32,000 nucleotides of DNA, taken from Nitrososphaerota archaeon. GTDB taxonomy: Archaea > Thermoproteota > Nitrososphaeria > Nitrososphaerales > Nitrosopumilaceae. The stretch lies in assembly GCA_022564515.1 (NCBI GenBank), contig JADFLH010000003.1:7510-39509 (forward strand), given 5' to 3'. Below, piece after piece: positions 27,048 through 32,000 of the stretch (position 1 is the first letter of the stretch; the number at the start of each line of letters is the position of its first letter). The notes beneath the pieces were generated by a model. It did no database searches, was not told where the DNA came from, and was given only the letters and a program-made list of their open reading frames with translations. The position numbers and the translations under genes are program-made.

Positions 27048-27473
27048 TTGAAAATTAACCAAGCTCAAGAACCTGATTACGAATCTGTAAGAATAGATTA
27101 TGTTGGATTCGTTGATCCATATGCAGTTGAGGGAATGCTTGTTTTGAAAGCTGATGACGGACGTGAATTTCATATGAGAGCATTTTCTGGAGAAGTGGCA
27201 AGACATATAGCGAGTTTTAATGAAGATATAAAAGATTCAGTTCCAACAATTTACAAAATGTTGGAAGAGGTTTGTGAACAAAATGAACAGATGCTTGTAA
27301 AAGTCAAAGTTTATGAGAGCGGTAGTGTTCTTAGAGCAAATCTTTACTTAACTGGAAAAAAAGATCTTGTCCTAAGAAATTATAGAGCTTCTGATGCAAT
27401 GGCTCTTGCTGCATTTTACGACATTCCAATTTTAGTTAGAAAATCATTGCTTAAAGAAAGAATGGAAGCTTAA
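27048..27473 (+). CDS. bifunctional nuclease (BFN/DUF151) family protein
   Basis: 141 aa with a TTG start. RAFSGEVARHIA, PTIYKML and YRASDAMALAAFYDIPILV match the DUF151 pattern (..RPSDAIALA....PI.V). Confidence 0.72.
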   Translation: MKINQAQEPDYESVRIDYVGFVDPYAVEGMLVLKADDGREFHMRAFSGEVARHIASFNEDIKDSVPTIYKMLEEVCEQNEQMLVKVKVYESGSVLRANLYLTGKKDLVLRNYRASDAMALAAFYDIPILVRKSLLKERMEA

Positions 27474-28561
27474 GTTACTATTTCATCCAACCTATCGTCT
27501 TGTTTGGCTTGCTTAATTTCCATCGCAACTCTCCTTCCAATTCCAAATGTTTGACCATACTGATATTTTGTGTATGGCGAGGTGGTCGCAACAATTGGAT
27601 TGCCAGGTACGCGTAATGAAACGTCATAAACTATTATTTCCAAGTCTTTTGTAATTACGCTTTGAAGTGAAAACGGACCAATAATTCCTGGCGGGTATTC
27701 TTTTTGAACAGCACGAACAAATTTATCTCCCATAGAAATCACCTTTTCTAGTAAAGACTCTCTAATACTAACAGGCGTGTGGCCTACCTCAATATTTTGT
27801 AAATCTATATTCAAATCTAGTTGTTGTTTTGCTGGCAAGGAATTAAAATCATGCAAGTTTGTTTGAAGTCTTCTTTCTATGCCGATAAAATCCACTTGTT
27901 CTGAAATTGGAGTATGAAAATAGTTAAAATTCATGTAGGTGCCAATTAACAATTCCTCAATGGTGGAATTTCTAAGATCGCTTTTTGAGATCATTCCTTG
28001 TTTGATTTTTTTTCCTGATTTTTCCTTGTAATCTCTGTATGAGGATACAGTAAAAAAAGCTCGTTCAAGTTTACGTTTTTTCTCTTGTACCTTAACTATT
28101 GCAAGCTTGTTGATATTTTTTGGATTTTTGAAAATTTTTGGGTGTTTGATTCTTGCTTTTTCTAACAAATAATATTGATTTTTTTTGTGAGAACGTTCTT
28201 CAGCCTGAAATAATGCTCTATTCCCAAATATTGGAACCTTGAAGGAATTTTCAATTGATTTGTATCCTAAGTAGGCTGTCAACGATCTGTGTGGAATTAT
28301 AATGGTACCAGTATCTCTCAAGTTTTTTTGAATTTTGGCAGAAACCATGTCTTTGAATTTTTCAAGAATAATTATTTCATCAGCTAATCTTCTAAATCGT
28401 TTGTAGGTTTCTTCCCGTCCTCTTTGACATAAAACAACAGTGGATAATTCTTCATCTTTGGCACCATCCATCACTTCTAAGGCTGAATGGCTACCAAGAA
28501 CACCTATTCGTATATCAGAATAACCATTTATGATATTCTTTATTTCTGATCTTTTGATCAT
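27470..28561 (-). CDS. purP: 5-formaminoimidazole-4-carboxamide ribonucleotide (FAICAR) synthetase, archaeal PurP
   Basis: 363-aa ATP-grasp protein with the PurP N-terminus IGVLGSHSALEVMDGAKDE. Confidence 0.88.
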   Translation of the reverse strand: MIKRSEIKNIINGYSDIRIGVLGSHSALEVMDGAKDEELSTVVLCQRGREETYKRFRRLADEIIILEKFKDMVSAKIQKNLRDTGTIIIPHRSLTAYLGYKSIENSFKVPIFGNRALFQAEERSHKKNQYYLLEKARIKHPKIFKNPKNINKLAIVKVQEKKRKLERAFFTVSSYRDYKEKSGKKIKQGMISKSDLRNSTIEELLIGTYMNFNYFHTPISEQVDFIGIERRLQTNLHDFNSLPAKQQLDLNIDLQNIEVGHTPVSIRESLLEKVISMGDKFVRAVQKEYPPGIIGPFSLQSVITKDLEIIVYDVSLRVPGNPIVATTSPYTKYQYGQTFGIGRRVAMEIKQAKQDDRLDEIVT

Positions 28562-28956
28562 ATTCCTGCTTAATTGGAGGAGCTAATATAGCTATTATTC
28601 TGATTTTTCTTTAGAGAATTTTTTTCAAATTTTTCTTTGCTTGTAGAGAATAATTTTAGCTCCATCATTTGGTAATCTGCTAAAAAAGAAACAATAACTT
28701 CAATTAACCATGAAAGAGTTATCACTTGCCTTTTTTAACAATTAGTATGTTTTATCAATTTGAGCTTTTTCTAGTGGGAGTTATTCTCTTGACAGCAATG
28801 ACTATGGGTGGTATTAGCCTATGGTGGAAGAGAAGAAATGCTCAAATCAAACAAATGGAACAATCTGAAAATGAGGAATCAAATCTATAATCTTTCTAGT
28901 GCTAATTTTTTCTTGTTACTAATAGATAAAATAGTGTATTTGTATTACAATAATAA

Positions 28957-29514
28957 TTGAAACTAATTATTGGAATTACAGGAAGTACAGGAGTAATTTA
29001 TGGCATTAGACTTCTTGAAATTCTAAAAAAATTGCATGTTGAAACTCATTTGATAATAACTGAATGGGCAACAAAATGCATTGGAATGGAAACAGAATTT
29101 ACTCCTGAGCATGTTAGATCATTAGCTGGTACAGTTTCAGATGAAAAAAATATGGCCGCTAGCATTTCAAGCGGAACCCATAAAGTTAATGGAATGATCA
29201 TTGCACCATGCAGTATGAAAACATTATCCTCTATTGCAAATGGTTACGATGAAACTCTAATAGCTAGAGCAGCTGCTGTAACTATTAAGGAAGGGAGGAA
29301 ATTGATATTAATGGTTCGAGAAACTCCTCTTAGTGCAATAAATATTGAAAACATGTTGAAATTAGCAAGACTCGGCGTGGTAATTTTGCCACCCGTTACG
29401 GAATTTTATACTCGCCCAAAAACCATAGATGATATTGTAAACCATGGTGTGGGAAAATGCCTTGATCAGTTTGATCTAGAACATGATTTATACCCTCGAT
29501 GGGGCACATTTTGA
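28957..29514 (+). CDS. ubiX: flavin prenyltransferase UbiX
   Basis: 185 aa with a TTG start. Motifs: LIIGITGSTGVIYG, APCSMKTLSSIANG, LILMVRETPLS. Confidence 0.9.
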   Translation: MKLIIGITGSTGVIYGIRLLEILKKLHVETHLIITEWATKCIGMETEFTPEHVRSLAGTVSDEKNMAASISSGTHKVNGMIIAPCSMKTLSSIANGYDETLIARAAAVTIKEGRKLILMVRETPLSAINIENMLKLARLGVVILPPVTEFYTRPKTIDDIVNHGVGKCLDQFDLEHDLYPRWGTF

Positions 29515-29520
29515 AAAAAA

Positions 29521-29958
29521 TTGCCCAAAATAAATTTTGAAAAAATAGTCAAAGCAAATAGGAACAAAGTTTTTGATATTGCAACAAATTTTAAAGAATT
29601 TCAAAAAATTCTACCCGAATATTTTCCTTCAATTAGAGTAATATCAATTAGAGATAATGTAGCAGTGGTTGAAGAACACGTCAGAATATCTGGAAAGGAA
29701 TTAGTAATGATGACAAAACATGTGATCCAATATCCAGAATTACATGAGATCTTTGTAATCGGCGGGGATATGAAGGGAAGTCATATTGTGGAAAAATATG
29801 ACACCATAGAGCAGGGAACTAAGATTACCTTTGATGCAGATATAAAACTGAATGGTATACAAAGAATGACAGATTTTTTTATGAAGGGAAAGATATCAAG
29901 AGGTTTTGCAAATATAATTGATGAATTTGCAAAATTTGCAGAAACTCAATCGCCTTGA
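29521..29958 (+). CDS. SRPBCC (START/polyketide-cyclase-like) family protein
   Basis: 145 aa with a TTG start and a general SRPBCC pattern (VFDIATNFKEFQKILPEYF...). The family call is moderate. Confidence 0.55.
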   Translation: MPKINFEKIVKANRNKVFDIATNFKEFQKILPEYFPSIRVISIRDNVAVVEEHVRISGKELVMMTKHVIQYPELHEIFVIGGDMKGSHIVEKYDTIEQGTKITFDADIKLNGIQRMTDFFMKGKISRGFANIIDEFAKFAETQSP

Positions 29959-30152
29959 GATTTTTTCTTTCCTTTAAATTCTTCTAGTTCTTTGTCACCT
30001 TCAATTCTACCTTTTTCGTATTCTCCCTTGGCCTTTCCAAAGGTTTTTGCAAGTTCAGGAATTTTTTTTGCACCAAAGAGTAGAACCGCAACAATAACAA
30101 TTATCCAGATCCATTCTGGGCCTGCAACAAAGTTTGTGATCTGCTCTAGCAT
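29946..30152 (-). CDS. tatA: twin-arginine translocase subunit TatA/E
   Basis: 68 aa with one TM helix followed by LLFGAKKIPELAKTFGKAKGEYEKG. Confidence 0.88.
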   Translation of the reverse strand: MLEQITNFVAGPEWIWIIVIVAVLLFGAKKIPELAKTFGKAKGEYEKGRIEGDKELEEFKGKKKSQGD

Positions 30153-30234
30153 TAAATCTTAATCCTTTAAATTGAGATTTAAATGTTCCATAATTTACTG
30201 TGAGTATTAAATGTAATTTTGTGTATATGACCGA

Positions 30235-30618
30235 TTATTCTTCTACTGTTTCTATTTCCCATCCATCGTTTATCCAGATTCCAATCACTTCAACTGACAT
30301 GTTCCAGGATTTAATAACGCTAATTGATTTTCTTATTTGATTTTGATGTTCTTCTTTTGAGATGGGATTTGCAGCACAATCATGATGTCCAGCAATAACC
30401 ACCAAGTTTGAACCATGTGCTTTGATGGAGATATTTATTTTGGATTTTAATTGCTCAATTTTTTCAACTTTTTCTTCAGACACTACTTTATCTGGACCTG
30501 GTTCTGTAATTGTATCAACATAGTCTATAGAATAATTTTCCTTAATCCAGTTAAAAGCAGGTAGCTGAGTCCTACCATCTATGCAATTTATTACAGTTCC
30601 AAACTTTCCTTCTACCAA
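30235..30618 (-). CDS. small protein with beta-carbonic-anhydrase-type metal-site motifs (function unproven)
   Basis: 127 aa with CIDGR (CxDxR) at residues 12-16 and GHHDC (HxxC) at residues 87-91. Confidence 0.6.
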   Translation of the reverse strand: MVEGKFGTVINCIDGRTQLPAFNWIKENYSIDYVDTITEPGPDKVVSEEKVEKIEQLKSKINISIKAHGSNLVVIAGHHDCAANPISKEEHQNQIRKSISVIKSWNMSVEVIGIWINDGWEIETVEE

Positions 30619-30705
30619 TGTTATATCGTAATTTTTAGCTGATGTTTGGTATTAAATCTCTTTCTTAAATTGCGTTTTTTGAGCTGTTGAGTATTTTACA
30701 AGTTT

Positions 30706-30721
30706 CAGTTCGTATCAAATA
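30706..30721 (+). repeat. dispersed motif M1, copy C
   Basis: CAGTTCGTATCAAATA, 15/16 identical to copy A. A weak inverted M2-like ACCTGAAAAACTC lies about 30 nt further on. Confidence 0.85.
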
Positions 30722-30855
30722 GTAATTCCCCAATTTTACATACTACAATTCATACCTGAAAAACTCGATAATTATTCAGCATGTTTTGGAAAAGAAAACA
30801 TACTGTTGAGGAACTAAATTGAATAAATCAAGAAAGATGGGCAAAAAGTGATCCT

Positions 30856-31059
30856 GTGGAAGAGGACATTATTGGTTTCAAAATATTTCTAAAAAGAGCA
30901 GGTGTAGATGATTCTATTATTGAAGATATTCTCAGTCGCCATCATGATGGAAAAAACATCGATGAAAAGGGAAACGAGTATTGGGTTTGTGGATGTTCTA
31001 GTTTTAAATTTTCAACAAAAGAAGAATACATTATGCATCATTATCGTGTACATAGTTAA
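30856..31059 (+). CDS. small C2H2-like zinc-finger protein
   Basis: 67 aa with a GTG start. WVCGCSSFKFSTKEEYIMHHYRVHS has Cys-Cys...His-His spacing. Confidence 0.4.
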   Translation: MEEDIIGFKIFLKRAGVDDSIIEDILSRHHDGKNIDEKGNEYWVCGCSSFKFSTKEEYIMHHYRVHS

Positions 31060-31090
31060 ATCAGAAAACTTTTCAAAAATCAGATCTTAA

Positions 31091-31124
31091 CAGTTCATAT
31101 CAAATGTTTAATCCTGAAAATTCT
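31091..31124. repeat. M1 copy B immediately followed by an inverted M2
   Basis: CAGTTCATATCAAATG (31091-106), then T, then TTAATCCTGAAAATTCT (31108-124). Confidence 0.9.
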
Positions 31125-31446
31125 TAATTCTTAGTATCATCATTATTCTACGTTGGGTATCGGGGTTCAAAAAATCATAATTCCCAAAAACACTTAAACT
31201 GGCATTAACTTGAAATGATTCGATTGTAACTGTATTTTGCAGTAAATTAACAATTAATTGCTCAGTGCCTGAACCACTAGTTCTACGCCAGCTAATTTTA
31301 GCAGTGGCAAGGTAGAGGCCTTTTGATGCTCCTGCTGTCAGTGTGGCAATCGTTCCTGTAGTGGTGACTGATCCGTCATTATCTTTCAAGTTTCCATTAA
31401 ATTCTTGGTGCTCATGAAATAATAATTCTAGATGAGAATTGAACAA
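31108..31446 (-). CDS. hypothetical ORF or gene fragment inside the TIR-bounded unit
   Basis: 112 aa and Ser/Thr/Gly-rich. The only start is TTG, and a stop lies two codons upstream. Its last codons (KNFQD*) are encoded by the inverted M2 copy. Confidence 0.3.
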   Translation of the reverse strand: MFNSHLELLFHEHQEFNGNLKDNDGSVTTTGTIATLTAGASKGLYLATAKISWRRTSGSGTEQLIVNLLQNTVTIESFQVNASLSVFGNYDFLNPDTQRRIMMILRIKNFQD

Positions 31447-31483
31447 TGGTTAACTTTCTACTCCACAAAATGCTTTTTAGTTT

Positions 31484-31500
31484 AGAATTTTCAGGATTAA
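31484..31500 (+). repeat. M2 copy forming a perfect 17-bp terminal inverted repeat with 31108..31124
   Basis: AGAATTTTCAGGATTAA. Confidence 0.9.
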
Positions 31501-31782
31501 AAAAGGGTTTAGTAACTAAGGGTTTTGTTTAGCTACATACTCATCAAGGAATTTTTGAGCAGAATCAGGATTCTCATATGCTAAATCGAGACATATCTGA
31601 AAAACTGGATCAAGATCCCATTTTTTTATCTTTCCACATTCTAAAACCATCTCCTCATATCCATATCCCCATTCATTAAATTGTGGATTTTCAGCATAAA
31701 ACTAAGAAAAGAACTTGAAAATTAGCAGTTTGTTCAGATTAAACATACACCTAAACATTAACCATCTTACCTATCCTATTAT

Positions 31783-31843
31783 GGAATAAAGCAAACTCAT
31801 ACTGTAACAGCTTCCGGTGGAATTTTTACCACCGCTTTATTCC
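31783..31843. other. two-tier stem structure (possible small RNA or terminator)
   Basis: GGAATAAAG (31783-91) pairs with CTTTATTCC (31835-43). An inner stem pairs GGTGG (31816-20) with CCACC (31829-33) across an 8-nt loop. A 22-23-nt bulge sits on the 5' side. Confidence 0.3.
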
Positions 31844-32000
31844 AACTCTCCTCATTTTACGATTATTCATTAAAAATGGATTAATATGAACATATTTCAA
31901 GGAGAGAGATTTATTACGATACAAAAGTAAAGAATACCTTAAACATGATGAATACCTATACAAAGTACGGTTAGCTACCGTACATTTCCCAGAGGGGAGG

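Noticed and set aside
28746-28868. 40-aa single-TM ORF MFYQFELFLVGVILLTAMTMGGISLWWKRRNAQIKQMEPI in the purP-ubiX intergenic region
   Set aside because: It is plausible as a micro-protein, but its only support is hydrophobicity. There is no clear promoter or conservation evidence.
31108-31124. M2 repeat explained as a conserved C-terminal coding sequence (KNFQD*)
   Set aside because: This holds only for the 31108 copy. The copy at 20104 closes a frame with no start, and the copy at 31484 is preceded by an in-frame TAG. The conservation is therefore at the DNA level.
31516-31695. Minus-strand open frame ...FYAENPQFNEWGYGYEEMVLECGKIKKWDLDPVFQICLDLAYENPDSAQKFLDEYVAKQNP*
   Set aside because: A stop lies immediately upstream and the only ATG would give 44 aa. 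It may be another gene fragment, but I cannot support a call.
1-32000. Stop-codon reassignment as an explanation for the in-frame stops in the TBP-like frame
   Set aside because: TAA, TGA and TAG all terminate well-conserved genes at the expected positions elsewhere in the window.

Overview
AT-rich archaeal chromosome segment. The gene content (aRF1, PurP, a TBP-like gene, cbtAB, many near-leaderless TATA promoters) looks like an ammonia-oxidising thaumarchaeon of the Nitrosopumilus type; that assignment is inference. Core content: a tightly coupled trpE-G-D-C-B operon (minus strand, 1-4507), ilvD, a HIT hydrolase, aRF1, a DsbA-like oxidoreductase, cbtB/cbtA, two tandem wHTH regulators upstream of phnDCE, two methyltransferases, a large secreted NHL-repeat protein, a CBS-TrkH cation transporter, purP, ubiX and tatA. 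Three short accessory-looking patches interrupt this. (i) 7.3-10.4 kb carries an IS91/ISCR-like Y2 HUH rolling-circle transposase/Rep gene, followed by nested hairpins and direct repeats that look like an origin. It is flanked by gene fragments, two unannotated micro-ORFs and a TBP-like reading frame broken by three in-frame stops. (ii) 19.6-20.4 kb and (iii) 30.7-31.5 kb carry copies of two short motifs, M1 (CAGTTCGTATCAAATG) and M2 (AGAATTTTCAGGATTAA). M1 also forms one arm of the hairpin beside the Rep gene. One 393-bp unit is bounded by perfect 17-bp inverted M2 copies. I read this as a small family of rolling-circle-type elements with non-autonomous derivatives, and it is the best candidate for something undescribed here. 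Other points worth a second look: an identical 18-bp palindrome at the promoters of the wHTH pair and of phnD; a ~37-aa 'PxWIKNxAxWW' module shared by PhnD and the NHL protein; two Roadblock-like paralogues each adjacent to a small nuclease-fold gene; a 127-aa protein with beta-carbonic-anhydrase-type CxDxR...HxxC motifs; and a G+C-rich multi-hairpin island at 20190-20319 that may be an ncRNA. I found no rRNA, tRNA or CRISPR array. All calls come from reading the sequence and remembered family motifs; no searches were run.
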